NCBI GenBank assembly: GCA_951406725.2
Contig: OX597816.1
Coordinates: 112,468,001-112,532,000 of the forward strand
Reading direction: 5' to 3'
Source: Octopus vulgaris
Taxonomy: Eukaryota
Length of the DNA stretch: 64,000 bases
Position 1 is the stretch's first letter. Every line of letters begins with the position of its first letter. The position numbers and the translations under genes were made by a program. Below, one piece after another: positions 50,626 to 64,000 of this stretch. The notes below the pieces were generated by a model. The model saw nothing but the letters and a program-made list of their open reading frames with translations, ran no database searches and was not told the origin of the DNA.

Positions 50626-51414
50626 AAAGTAATTAACCATATATTTAAGTATCAAATTAATATAAGGGAAAAATATGTTTATAAAAATTTGAGCAATATA
50701 ATATATTCTGGGTAATTATATTAATCATTTTAATTATGTATTTTGGGTAATCATTTTTAATAGACACTATGCAAGATTCATAGATGTCTTTGTTTATTTC
50801 AAACAACTTTTAAAGAATTGAGTAAAGCAGTTTAGACTTACTATAGATTTATTTTTGTGCAGCCATCTTTAGTTACTGTCTATTCAATATTGTATAATTT
50901 CTTTGTCCAACTTATATTGTAGAGAAGAATGAATGAGCTGACCTGCTATGATTATATCATCTTACATAATGTTTCATTCTTCTTTCTTTTCTTTTCTTTT
51001 TAAGAAATGAATTGGTTTGAATAGATTTGGTGGCGGATTTTTCTAGTAGATTGAACAACCACATTGAAGCTTTCTTGTCATGTTAATTTATGTATGTGTA
51101 TCCTGAAAGTGTGCAAAGTAAACAGTTTTCCGTAATAAAATGGTAGGATAATTTTAGAATGTCAAAATTAAAGACTCTAAAATAACTCTTGTAAATTAGC
51201 TGATGCATATGTTCTATTATAGTTTTGTTGTTGTAGAAGAAACGGAGAATTGTAATCAGATATCCTTATATTTAAGTTTACTTTCCTTATAAGTCAGTTT
51301 TGAAATGTATGTTAATGGTGAAGTTTTAAAATTACAAATGATAAGTCAGTTGCTTCCTCAGATAATTATACTTCCACAAACATTGTCTAAATACACTTTT
51401 GTAGCAGTATGTTT

Positions 51415-51600
51415 TTTTATCTTTTACACTGCAGCCATGTTGGGGAACTGCCTTAAAGAATTTTAGTCGAACTTATCAAACCTTGATACTGATCATACTT
51501 TTGTGAAGTCTCGTACTTATTTCATTGGTCTTTTTTGTCAAATTGCTAAGTTACGAGGACATAGACAAACTGCCACCAGTTGTGAAGCAGTGGGGCAAAA
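51415..51600 (-). mobile_element. SINE family A, 3' module
   Basis: ctgcagccatgttgg..tttagtcgaa..tgctaagttacg. Confidence 0.65.
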
Positions 51601-51624
51601 CAGTATGCATATTCATAAATATGC

Positions 51625-51872
51625 GCTGGTGCCATGTAAAAAGCATCCAATCCACACAGTGAAATGGTTGGCATTTGGAAGGGCATCCAGCTGTAAAATC
51701 CATGCCAAAACTGAGCTTGTCTGTGCTAGAGCCATGTAAGAAGCACTCGGTCCACTCTATGAGGTGGTTGGTGTTAAGAAGGGCATCCAGCCATAAAAAC
51801 CATGCCAAAACAGAGACAGTAGCCTGGTACAGTTTTCTGCCTTGCTGACTCCTGTCAAATTTTTCAACTCAT
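51625..51872 (+). mobile_element. Two tandem RTE 3'-tail fragments
   Basis: catgtaa.aagca..ggttgg..gaagggcatccagc..catgccaaaac occurs twice. Confidence 0.7.
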
Positions 51873-51874
51873 GA

Positions 51875-51905
<31 letters not shown>

Positions 51906-52884
51906 GTATTATATATATATGTATACACTTGATGGTTCCACACAGTATTGATTAACTAAATTCACTCACATTTGGCCCCTAGACCCAAGGGGTCCATTAC
52001 AACTTCCCAGCGTGCCAGTGCTTTAAGACAGAACTGACTTTAAGTACTGAATCTAAGAGGATAAATTTTGAAAAGGTTTATTTTTTTAGCAGAACTGTCC
52101 TTGAATTAAAGACTAATTGCGCATCAAAAGTTATTGGAAAGATATTTTTAAAAAGCTTCAGAAATTGTTAACTCAGAATGATATTTGTTATGAAAAATAA
52201 TATTAGAATCTGAGGAGACAAAGTGTTGCTCCAGTATGCATAAAGTGAGCAGTTTGGTTGTAAGGAACATTTAGTTGTAACATTTTGTCCTGAGACTTAC
52301 GCAAGAGAAGAATATGCAAGAAGGTTACAAAAGTGACAGCTTTTTGACCTTATCTCTTTCCCCTTCATTTCAAGTTCCTTTTTTGTGTAAATCTTTAAAA
52401 CTTTCTACTTAAAGACTATATATATATATGATTTTTCTATGCACAGACTTAGCTGAAACATTAGAATTTCTTTAGCATTGTAAACCAACAAGCTTCATTT
52501 TATATCCTTTCTTTGTTATGGGGTTTTATTTCATTTTCTCTGATAGAATAAATAAGTTTGTAAATGAATAAATAAATAAATAAAGTGCTGCCACCTTATT
52601 TTTCAGTTTGGCTTGTGCCAAATTTCAAAAATGTTAAGAAGACAATGAAAATGAAAGGGAATTGAAATTGCATTGAAAACAACTTTCTGGCAGTATGCCA
52701 ATATTCTAAACCACAAATACTCTTTCTAATTGAAGGTACATATATTAGAAAACAGAAACTTTGGTTAGAAATTTTGATTAGGAATGGCTATCCTTTTAAC
52801 TTTAGAAATTAATACTACATTATTCTAAGCTTTTTAATGCTCTTTACATAATTAGTGATGCTAGCAGCATATAATAATAATAAT

Positions 52885-53110
52885 CACTTTTAGCAGAGGT
52901 ACAAGGCTAAAAACTTGTAGGGAGGGTTTAGGTGATTATAATCTCCACCTTCACCTAATACTTGACTAGTATTTTATTTTATTGACTCTGAAAAGATAAA
53001 AAGCAAAGTTGACCTTGCCAGGATTTAAACTCTAAATGTAAAGAACCAGAACAAATATCACAAGCCATTTTCTTTGGTATTGAAATGATTCTGCCAATTC
53101 ATTACCTTAA
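52885..53110 (-). mobile_element. SINE family B, degenerate
   Basis: gcaaagttgacctt..ggatttaaactc..ttctgccaattc. Confidence 0.6.
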
Positions 53111-53817
53111 TAACTGCATAAAATGCTGCTTTACATGCGAAATGCTTTACTCTTTATTAATAAGGTGTATTGTGCAGCATTATTGACGTTAAATCTTAGT
53201 GGAAAAAAATCATTGTTTTGTGTAAAGTTCTGTTATTGACATAGCCTAAATCAATGTTTTGCATGAATTTAATCTTAACTCTGTGTCTGGAATCTATTAT
53301 TTGAATATGTTCAGAGGGAGCATCTGCCTATGTTAAATACTGAAGAATTTCAATGGTAATTACATACATCCATACAACATTTAAACCCTTTAGGGCTTTC
53401 AGAACTTCCTATACAAGCAAGTAAAACTATTCATGCTAACAGGATCAAATAACAGGTCGATGGAAACAAAGTATCATTAAAGCTATATAAAATTTTTTTT
53501 TTTTTAAACCCCAAAAAACACCTTATTAAGTCTTCATCTCACAAACATACCACTATACTTTCTTAACATACTTGAAAGATTCATGTTTGATGTTAAAGGC
53601 TTCCACATCCCTCTTTTTCTCCAACAAAGCTTTCAAACATTTCCCTTAATAACTGCAAAGCTTTGTCATTTTTATTGAACAGTTTCAGCAATCCATCATG
53701 ACTTTAACACTGAAACAGACAAGACACAAGATTGTGGAGATCCTTTTTGATAAAAAAATCTAAAATTGTAAACATCACTTGCAGCTCTTTGTTATGATAG
53801 ACATAAATATATAATTA

Positions 53818-55590
53818 TCTTTTCTACTCTAGGCACAAGGCTCCAAAAGGAGGGAGCTAGTCGATTAGATCGACCCCAATACGCAACTGGTACTTAGTTA
53901 GTTAGTTAGTTAATTTGGCTCAAAAGCAAATAGCAAGGCCATGTAGGGGGACATGGAGTTAAGTACAGGGTGGTGTTCATGTAAAGAGTTCAGGCCACTT
54001 GAGGTCCAGGGAGGCTTTGAACAAAGTGGTCGTCGGCATCTTCACCATCTCGTCTGGCAGCTTGTTCCACGGATCCGCAACCCGGACGGAGAAAGCTCCT
54101 CTCCTTCGATTGAGATGAAATCGTCGCAGGTAGAGCTTTTCGGAATGACCCCGCAGCTGACGCTTTGGAGCAGGAGTGAAGAACAGCTCTTTCGAGAGGT
54201 TACACTTTCCGCTTATGATGTTGTGGGCGAGAATGAGATCACCACGGCGGCGGCGTTTTTCAAGAGAATAAAGGTCGAGCGTCCTCAGCCTTTCTTCGTA
54301 GGACAAATTTTTGAGACCATGAACCATGCGGGTAGCCAGCTTCTGGACTCTTTCGAGATGCTGTATGTCTTTGAGGAGATAAGGAGAAGAGGCTTGAATC
54401 CCATACTCCAATATGGGTCTCACCAGCGTGACATAGAGTGGTAGGAATATGGCTGCTGTGAGCATTCCGAATGACCGTCGAATCAAGAACAGAATTCCGC
54501 GTGCTTTGTTGGCAGCATGGATGCACTGGGCCGAAGGCAAAAAGGAGGAATCCACCAAGATACCCAGGTCCTTTACCTGATCGGTCCTCTCCAGCAGCAG
54601 ACGACCCGGCTCGAAATCAAGTTGAGTTGCAGGAGTAGAGCCGACAGGCAGATGACAGCACTTTGACACGTTCAGACACAGGTCCCAATCGTTAGACCAC
54701 TTCCAAATTTGGTGGAGGCATCGACGAAGATCCTCTATATTACCGCGAGGAGCGACCAGTTTGATATCGTCGGCAAATAGAAGGGTGTGTTGCATGAGGT
54801 CGTCAGGCAAGTCATTTATGAAGACTAAGAACAACAAGGGCCCAAGCACTGAACCTTGAGGCACGCCACTGCTCGCACTGGAGACGTCGGACCGCGAACC
54901 ATTAACTTGGACTTGGAAGGAGCGATCTGAGAGGAAGGCACCAACCCATCATATAATATCCGGATGGAAACTATATGCTTGAAGCTTGACAAGTAATAGG
55001 CGGTGGTTTACCGAGTCAAAAGCTTTGGCAAAGTCCAATAAAACGATGTCAACAGCATCACTATCATCGAGGATGCGCGTCACCAATTCTTCCATTACTA
55101 GTAAGTTGGTCAAGCATGATCTCTTCGGCACGAAGCCGTGTTGGGAATCAGAGATAGAGGCTGTGTTTAGGAGGTGGAGCATCATACTTTTCTTAAGGAT
55201 GGTTTCGAACATCTTGCTGATTATTGATGTAAGGGAAACCGGTCGGTAGTTAAGTGGGTCTTCGTGGCTCCCTTTCTTGAAAATTGGGCAGATTATCGCT
55301 GTTCTCCAGTCTGCAGGTATAACACCCGTCGCCAATGACATATTGAATAGTTGTGTTAAGGGCTCGCAGATGACCGGAGCCAACGCTTTGATAACCCGCG
55401 GGTGTATGCCGTCAGGGCCGTGACCCTTGTTGACATCGAGGCCTTGAATAACACGTTTGACTTCGTCCCGCGTGATGACCAAACTTAAAGGATAAAAAGT
55501 AAAGTCAACCTCAGTGGAATTTGAACTCATAACATAAACACAGACGAAATACAGCTAAGTATTTCGCCCAGTGTGCTAGCGTTTCTGCCT
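53818..55590 (-). mobile_element. SINE family B copy split by the CR1 insertion
   Basis: gtcgattagatcgacccc..ctggtactta | CR1 | aaaggataaaaagtaaagtcaacctcagtggaatttgaactc. Confidence 0.8.
53895..55486 (-). mobile_element. 5'-truncated CR1-like LINE, young, RT interrupted by a single stop
   Basis: GPDGIHP, NYRPVSLTS, QHGF, LDFAKAFDSV, PQGSVLGPLLF, FADD, KDLG, RPILEY, RRRGDLI; two ORFs in the same frame separated by TGA at 54949-54951; (AACT)n tail. Confidence 0.92.
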
Positions 55591-57453
55591 TTAAATATAT
55601 AATAATGGGAAAGATAGCAACAGCACATTTAAATTTCATGCGTGCACTCACATGTACAGTATTTAGCCAATAGGAAACTTTAACATTGTGGTTTCACCTA
55701 CATGAAATGACAGTCAAATCTTCCTCATATTACATCATGCTATCTTATAAAAAAATGTCATATTAGATAATATATTCTTACACTATGTAGAAAAAGAAAA
55801 AGCCTCTGTGATAGTCATGGCTGGATTGTATTTGAGCCAACAACAACATTTAACCAAAGTAAAGAATTCATGACATAATATTACAATATCACAGTAGTGT
55901 ATTGTGTTCATATTTAAAATTTCACTATTTCTGCTACAAGTTACAAACCATTCATATTGATATTAGCATTAAACCAAGGATTAGAATAACACTACATTTG
56001 CTGCCTACACTGAGTGAACTGTGCCTTTCTGTTGTACTTATTTACAGTTAGAATCATTGACATTTATGTGCCTTTGTTTTGAACATGGTAATGAACTATT
56101 GGCTATCACTCCACATTTCAAGCTACTGGTACACTTTTAGTTGGCTTGGCATTATACAGCACTCTTGCTGCCTATATTAATGAACCATGCCTCTCTATAG
56201 TACCTGTTAAGAGTTAGGATCATTGATTATCATGTGACTTAGCTTTGAACAGAGTTCAGAGCCAATAATTGCATAACTAACAACATTGATTAATAATAAA
56301 TAGGATGAAATGATTTGTTTTAGACTGAAATGTTTTATTATTTATTAATCTTGATCTCTTTTTATTTCTGATTTGAATTTTGAATTGTGATGTGACATCA
56401 GAGCAAATGTGATAGAAGTTGCCAGCTGCTATTTCCTCCAACCCCTTGCTGTTTTTTTTTCTTTCTTTTTTAGTAGTCTGGCTTGAGTTTCAAAATTTGC
56501 TGAAACAGCTTATTTAACATGTCGTTCTTTCTCTGAATGTTTCTTTTTATATAATATTTATGAATGGTTTGCTATTAATACTGCTTTGAATATTTTGTTT
56601 GTATTTACATAGTTGGCTTGGCATTATGAGAAGTGGTTGTAAAGTTTTTAGCTGAGCATTCATAGATTATATTTGAAAGAAAATGGATTATGCTTGGCCA
56701 CACTTGCAGGAAAATACTGTTACATATTAGTAGCTTACATTAAAGCAACCAATTCAACAGTAACGTATTTAGACTCTGATAAAATTTTATTAGCATACTT
56801 GTATGTTGGCAGGCATATTCACATGCATTTACTTGTGTTAGTGAGCTCATATTGTTTTCTTACCATATCTGTATTTAAATTTTCAATAATTGATATTGTT
56901 ATCTGTATACATTTAATAATGGACTACCATGAATCACACAAGTTCCTCCATATCTATATGTATAAATTGTATTTCTATATGTATGTTTATTTATACATAA
57001 ATAAGAAACCTGCAGTAACTTGCATTATTATGCATGAGTTCAAATATATACCGAAAATCTCATCTGTGATATTATATGCACTGGCAGTTTCTTATCACTC
57101 TCTATAGAGACAATCATATAATTATTCATGTGCACACTTAAGTACATTATATGCATAAGTCCAGGATTCATGGTGATTATGATTTCAAATGCCAGACTAC
57201 TGGTCGTTGCTATGGCCAGGTTATTGTGAATATCTAGGTAGGACAGTGTTCTGTTTAGTTTAGTCTGCCTGAATTCAGAACTTCACACTTGAGTGTTTAG
57301 CTATTTAAAGGGCACCTAACTATGAAACTTTTTATTTGACTGTATGAAAATATCCGCGTTTTTAATACCGTTGCATCTATGGACACACATATTGCAGCAC
57401 ATGTCTGTTGAAAACAGATCACTATGTAGTAACATCCTCCTCCTCATCATCAT

Positions 57454-57484
<31 letters not shown>

Positions 57485-57708
57485 CATTCATTTTGCATGC
57501 TGAGATACTTTAGATGAAACATTACTGAGGCAAATTTTTTTGATAGCCAGATGTCCTTTCAGTTACATGTCTTGGAACCTACTGGATCTTGTCAAACCAT
57601 CCAAGCTGTGATGGAATTGAACAAGGACATAAAATGATATTTACATATATAAATGATATACACATGTGCATATGCCTACACACACACACACACATGCACA
57701 TACACATG

Positions 57709-57755
<47 letters not shown>

Positions 57756-59710
57756 GAATAAAACAGTTACATCTCTCAGGACACTGCTTATGTTTTACAA
57801 GCACTCGACATTTTCTGTCTGCTATAAAACATGTCATATTGTTATGTGCATACGTTTAGTGAAATTGTTTCTAGTCTTTCATTTCTAATATGATTAAAGA
57901 GTAACCACATATTTATCATTATTGAATCTGATAATTATATTAATGTAGCAATATGTTTTAGACATAGTTATTAATTCTCATTGCTTGGGTCTTTGCCGTT
58001 CTTTGTTCTGTTGTTTCGTGATTATCAATTTATTTTATTACTGCAAATATTTTTCCTGATTCAACATATATCTAACTTCATTTTCCTGTAAGCACTTTTA
58101 ATTAAAAAGGGAATATTTGGAAGAAGTACTAAAAGTGATCAATTATAGTTTTGATTTGTGTAATTTTTCATGTGTAAAAGGTAGTTCAATGAATTAATAG
58201 TATTGCCATCTAAATTTTGACAATAGTAAATCTGGTTTTCATGTTATTGATTTAGTAATATAGGAAGGGAGGAGGTGATATCTTTTTATCATTATTAATT
58301 AACCCTGTTAATAGCTAGATGAGAAAATAATAATAATGATGATGATGATACCAAGCTGTCTATATGATATAAAACCTCCCATTTTAATGTACTCATATTC
58401 AAACCATAACTTCATCAGAATTTTATTTAAGAAAACATTGTTTCAAACGCTACTTTAATAATGGTAAAATTTAATTTATTGTTATTAAACAAGTCTTAAA
58501 GTCTTCAGAGTTCTTGATTATTCAGCAAATGTATTACATTGGAAATACATTTAAGGGTTAACACAAAAATGTTGAATCATGACTAGTTTTTAGTTATAAT
58601 TTTTGAATTTTCATATGATATCTTATTGCAATAAATATTTTCACTGATCTAACAAACAATAACAACTTCAGGTTCAGTCTGTAATTCACATTGAAAATAT
58701 TCGGTTAAAGAGATGGAAGTAACCAGCTTACTGTGCACTTAAGACGTGCTCTAGGGTCTTTATCACTGCTACAATTAATCTTGTGATATTTATTCTATTG
58801 ACTTTATAGTGATACATTGCTAATTCAGTCTTGGGAAGGTTTCTAAATCTGAAATGGAAACCTCAGAGACACTTATCGTTTATCTAATCCCGTCTGCATT
58901 AGAAACAGGAAACTTCAAAAGATAAAAACTGAGAGATCAGGTGAAAAGTAAGTGAGAAGGCAAATTTTAAGATAGTGTTTGTTTGCATTTATATTTTGTT
59001 CATTGGTTTTTAGAAAAAGGTGTTGTGCTTTATTTGAAGCTAGTTTCAGTTTGCAGTTTATTTCAGTAATACGTCTTCTCTGACTGGAATACTACTGTTA
59101 TTGAGTTTGTCAATGAGAGGATGTGAACCTACCTTTGAAAGCCTAATAAAACACTTGTAAGTTATGCAGTGGTTTGACTACTTACAGCAATAAAATTTAC
59201 TTCCTTCAGGTACCTCGTTGTAACTAGGTGGACTGCTCAGTTGAAACTTACATTTTTTTTTTTTTTGTCAAATTCTCAGGTCAGCTAAGCTGAAAGGGTT
59301 AACCTGGTTTGGTTCATGCACCAGATACACTTTGTCAACAGCAGTGTTTGTACATTACAATTAAGATATGATAGATGGTGTTTAAAACTCTAGAAGAAAT
59401 GCTATTTTAAAAAAATAAAACTGTTGTAGGAAAGTACATAGCAAAATATAATCCACTGCATTTTGCATTTTGCTTCATATTGTAAAATGTATGTAATATA
59501 ACTACGTGTTTATAGTCTGGTAGGCAGAGAAATAGATAAATTTCCTATGAAGTTAATGTTGGTGAAGAATTAATTTTCAAGTCAGAATACTGAACTCAAA
59601 ACTAAGCTTGATCCTTCCTTTATATGTAAATCCTTTTTTGGAATTTGTAATGTCTTATTCCAAGGTGTTTCTATTTCTTGGTTCTCTTTCAATGAAATGA
59701 GTTCCTGTAA

Positions 59711-60119
59711 TCATCATCATTATCATTGTTTAACGTCCGCTTTCCATGCTAGCATGGGTTGGATGATTTGACTGGGGGCTGGCGAACCAGATGGCTGCAC
59801 CAGGCTCCAATCTTAATCTGGCAGAGTTTCTACAGCTGGATGCCCTTCCTAACGCCAACCACTCTGAGAGTGTAGTGGGTGCTTTTATGTGCCACCGGCA
59901 CAGACGCCAGTTAGCTGCTCTGGCAACGATCATGCTCGGATGGTGCTCTTAGCACCCTACTAGCATGGGGCACAAGTGCCTGTAAGGCGATGCTGGTAAC
60001 TATCACAATCAAATGGTGCCCTTTTATGTGCCATTGGCACGGAAGCTGGTTAGCTGCTCTGTCAATGATCACACTCGTATAGTGCTCTTTGCACCCCGCT
60101 AGCACGGATGCCAGTCATC
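59711..60119 (-). mobile_element. RTE-tail derivative with modular repeats
   Basis: (CAT)n, TTTAACGTCCGC, then TGTGCCA modules. Confidence 0.85.
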
Positions 60120-61925
60120 CAAATGATTAAAACTGAACATGAGTTAAATCAAGGTTTTAGTACTTGGTTGGAATTTTTTTTTTTTTTTTGTAGTCCAACA
60201 GGTACAGGAAGTGGCCATGTTGAATATAAAAGAAACAGATTCAATATTAATTAAATGGCTGTTTTTTTTTTATCTTTTAGTCAGGATGGAATGAAATTCT
60301 CATTGCCATTCACAGGGCCTCCCAAATTTATAGGAACGAGGAAAGAGAGTGTCTTCAAGCCAGAAACTTGGTTTGAAAACTTGCAACATAGAAGACTCTG
60401 CTAAAGTCAACCAAGATGCCAAGAGATGGTGTGAAACTAAGTGATGGATTTAGTCTACCACCCAACTAGATCATGGCACAATTTGAACTCAGAACACAAA
60501 GGGCCAATGCAAACACCACAAGGCATCTAGTCCAACATTCCTACAATACTACTAATCCCCCACTCAGGAATGGTACCATTTTATCAATCCTTGGAAGGAT
60601 AGAAGGCTAAATTGACCATAGCAAGATTTTTAACTCAGTGCAGTACAGTATGAGGCTATAGAGGAACTAATAATTAGTTGAATTTTATTTTGAAATAAAG
60701 ACTCAGATAATATTCAATTTTGTATTGGAATGAACGTTGTGGTTATACATAAAATCAACCAAATTCACATTGATTATGACTAACAACTGGCTTCCAATGA
60801 CCAGACTATTCATTGATAACCTGTGAAAAAGTAATTATCTAGGTGTTATAATCAGACCTAAGTTATGCAGCAGACAGTGCTTGGTGGCTGATAAATGGTT
60901 GGTAACTTAACTCTTAGGATGACAAAAAATTCTCTGTAGACCTAAAGTTTAATAGGGCAGTTCAATATTTCTTGCCATTCTAGATGAATGAGTTAAGTTT
61001 GATTACTTAGGTACATTACATTAAATTTGAAATGTATAGACTGAGAAATTGATGAGCCAAGAAAGGAGGGGATATATATGAGAAGTAACAGAGAAAGCGT
61101 TGAGAGGCAGGCAATTAATGTTGACTGAATCTCATGAAAATTTCAGCTGTAAACTGCTGATAAAATTTATCTTGCTAGTATTGCTAGGATGTGTTGTGTC
61201 TGTACCATCCTGAGTAAATTTACTCTTATAAACTTATTCTCCTATATCAATTTTGTTAGTAGTTCTAACATTACAAATCATTATATGATTTGCATAACAT
61301 TTACTGCCAGTTTGTATAATGTCATTTTAATTCAGCTTGTTATTTTATTCACAAAATGGAGATATGTGTGTGTGTGTGTGGGGGGTTTATGTTGTCACAC
61401 TATCTGCTAGAAATAGCAGCCAAATCTTCAAACCATCTGACTACCACTTTGATATAAATACATACGATGACAGGATAGTACAGCTAAAATTCTTTTGGTC
61501 ATAAGTCTGCTGTATCAGTGTTAAATAACAACAACAATTTTTATTTTATTTTCTAAATATATTGCTTGCTATAATGTATAGTTAATTTTTATGTGTCCTT
61601 TCTAAATTAAGATACTAGGTTGTTAGAGATATGTTTTTTTTTCTTTTTGTTTTCTTTATCAATGTCACCAAAAATCTTTACTTACAGCAGACATAGTGTT
61701 ATTTATCAAGGTCTGATATGCTGTAGTGTGACATTTCGTTTATTCGACTGCTTCTAAAGCATATAGCATTTTCTTTTTGTCATTTGCAGTATTATACATG
61801 CTTGTTGGAAACCCCAGAATCTAGCTAATTAAATTACCTTTCAACTTTATTAAATATCAGATACTTTTGAGGAAATTTTTTAAAATTTACATTTTATGTA
61901 TGTCTGTCAGTTTGTTTGTATCGGT

Positions 61926-62330
61926 GCAGGCATGGCTGTGTAGTAAAAAGCTTGCTTCCCAACCACATGGTTCCAGGTTCAGTCCCGCTGATATGACACC
62001 TTGGGCAAGTGTCTTCTACTATAGTCTCAAGCCGACCAAAGCCTTATGAGTAGATTTGGTAGACGGAGACTGAAAGAAGCCTGTCGTATATACGACAGGC
62101 TATGTATGTATTTATGTGTGTGTGTCCATGTTTGCGTTTGTCCCCACCCCCACCATTGCTTGTTAACTGATGCTCATGTGTTTATGTCCCTGTAATTTAG
62201 TGGTTCAGCAAAGGAGGCCAATAGAATAAGTGCTAGGCTTACAAAGAATAAGTCCTGACTAAAATCCTTTAATGCGGTGCTCCAGAATGGCCACAGTGAA
62301 ATGACTGAAACAAGTAAAAGAATGAAAGAG
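61926..62330 (+). mobile_element. SINE family A, composite full copy
   Basis: gcaggcatggctgtgtagtaaaaagcttgcttcccaacc..microsatellite..aatgactgaaacaagtaaaagaa. Confidence 0.88.
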
Positions 62331-62499
62331 TAAGAATGTACAGATGTTGACATGGCTATGTGATTCAGAATTTTGCTTCCCAAGTACATATTTTGTGACT
62401 CAGATCCACTGCATTGGGCAAGTGTTTTCTACTATAGCATTTCAAGTGTTTTTCTATAGTTGTTGTAATTTTTGCCCCTATTTATAAGTGAAGTACAAC

Positions 62500-62720
62500 C
62501 ATTTAAACCAGCCTTTTCAGGTCCATATATTCTATCTATTTTATTTTGAAACCAGCCAGATCTGGACTCTAATGCCTACATTACAGTGTCATTCTAAAAA
62601 TATACAATCACATCATCAAAATTTCATTCAAAGCTATGAGATAATGCATGATTAATTCAAGACATTCTGAATAAATAAGCATTACATTTGACAGAGTAAT
62701 CTGAATGCTAAAGGGTTAAA
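62500..62720. mobile_element. MITE with piggyBac-like AAAGGG|TTAA end
   Basis: Homologous to 23179-23382; ends gctaaaggg|ttaa. Confidence 0.65.
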
Positions 62721-62734
62721 TATGACAGAGGAGG

Positions 62735-62890
62735 AGCTGTTGGTTAAGAAGCTTGCTTTCCAAGCACATGATTTTGGGTTCAGGCCCCACTGTGTAGTAC
62801 CCTGGGTAAGTGTCTCCTACAGTCTGAGGTTGATCAAAGCCTTGTGATTGGATTTGGGAGATGGAAACTGAAAGAAGCCTGTCAGATGTA
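62735..62890 (+). mobile_element. SINE family A head
   Basis: ggttaagaagcttgctttcc..gggttcagg..tgggtaagtgtctcctac..ggaaactgaaagaagcc. Confidence 0.75.
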
Positions 62891-62929
62891 TGTGTGTATG
62901 TTTGTGCATATATGTATGTGTATTATGCA

Positions 62930-63575
62930 CGCACCAGTCCACTTATGTGTGCCTTTCCTTCATTGGACACTAAACTCTGCTTGCGAAGACCTGTTGAAGC
63001 AAGTGAAATTAAAATTGAAATCAAATTCGATGACTGGCATCCATGCTAGTGAAGTACTAAGAGTACCATACGAGTGAGATCGTTGCCAGAGCAACAAGCT
63101 GGCCTCCATGCTAGTGGAACGCTAAGAGTACCATACTAGTGAGATTGTTGTCAGAGCAACAAGCTGGCTTCCATGCAGATGGCACATTAAAAACACCATT
63201 TGAGCGTGATCATTACCTGCGTCGCCTTACTAGCACTTGTGCTGGTGACATGTGAAAAAAAATTTGAGCGAGGTCGTTGCCAGTTCCACTGGACTGGCTC
63301 CTGTGCAGGTGACACATAAAAAGCACCATTTGAGCAAGGCTTTTGCCTGTACCACCAGACTGGCCCTCATGCCAGTGGCACGTAAAAGCACCCACTACAC
63401 TCTCGGAGTGGTTGGCGTTAGGAAAGGCATCCAGCTGTAGAAACTCTGCCAGATCAGATTGGAGTCTGGTGCAGCCATCTGGTGCAGCCATCTGGTTCGC
63501 TAGACCTCAGTCAAATCGTCCAACCCTTGCTAGCATGGAAAGTGGATGTTAAATGATGATGATGATGATGATGAT
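62930..63575 (+). mobile_element. RTE-tail derivative with modular repeats and (GAT)n tail
   Basis: gaagacctgttgaagcaagtgaa block, ~63-bp tandem modules, RTE 3' end. Confidence 0.85.
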
Positions 63576-63588
63576 AATGTGTTTCTGT

Positions 63589-63817
63589 GGTGAGCTGGCA
63601 GAAACGTTTGCATGCCGGGCGAAATGCGTAGCTGTATTTCGTCTGCCGTTACGTTCTGAGTTCAAATTCCGCCGAGGTCGACTTTGCCTTTCATCCTTTC
63701 GGGGTCGATAAATTAAGTACCAGTTATGCACTGGGGTTGATGTAATCAACTTAATCCCTTTGTCTCTCCTTGTTCGTCCCCTCTATGTTTAGCCCCTTGT
63801 GGGTAATAAAGAAACAG
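63589..63817 (+). mobile_element. SINE family B (Nin-domain-like), young copy
   Basis: GGTGAGCTGGCAGAA A-box-like, GAGTTCAAATTCC B-box-like, GTCGACTTTGCCTTTCATCCTTTCGGGGTCGATAAA core. Confidence 0.88.
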
Positions 63818-64000
63818 ATAATGTGTTTGTGTCTCCTTGTTTTAACATTGTTTGATAGTTATACAAGCAGTGTCATTCATTTCCAATGTTCTATGAAAAC
63901 ATGTCTGACCTTAAGAAAATATTTTGCTTGGAAACAGAAAGTTGGCAACATGAAGGGTGTCTAGTTGTGGAAGACCTGACTCAACACAGACCTATGCAAC

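Noticed and set aside
53953-54444. 163-aa plus-strand ORF and other antisense ORFs over the LINEs
   Set aside because: Shadow ORFs on the strand opposite RT coding sequence.
60285-60376. Polypyrimidine tract + AG followed by GWNEILIA, resembling the RXR exon start GWNELLIA
   Set aside because: Similarity ends after 8 residues, the frame stops ~30 codons later and no other nuclear-receptor exons are visible; probably chance. Spliced RNA-seq reads would settle it.

Overview
AT-rich, repeat-dense eukaryotic (animal) genomic DNA, most likely an intron or intergenic region of a cephalopod (Octopus-like) genome. The taxon is an inference from the very dense (TA)n/(TATG)n microsatellites, tRNA-derived SINEs with a Nin-type core, and RTE/CR1/R4 LINEs. 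No host protein-coding exon could be supported, and almost all listed ORFs are microsatellite or repeat artefacts. The real coding sequence belongs to four 5'-truncated or degenerate non-LTR retrotransposons: an RTE at 19.3-21.6 kb with a PHD finger inside its RT, two CR1-like elements at 32.4-34.4 kb and 53.9-55.5 kb, and an R4/Dong-like RLE element at 38.0-40.9 kb. The most interesting unannotated signal is a set of minimal type-I hammerhead ribozyme (HHR) motifs of the Penelope/retrozyme kind. These include a 351-bp tandem repeat with one HHR per unit (7879-8487), a fold-back element with an HHR in each arm around a tRNA-like Pol III promoter (47745-48172), and several dispersed decayed HHRs. 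A second signal is a non-autonomous RTE-tail family built from tandem modules of about 66 bp, each carrying a putative H-type pseudoknot. All alignments were made by eye, so boundaries of old repeats are approximate.
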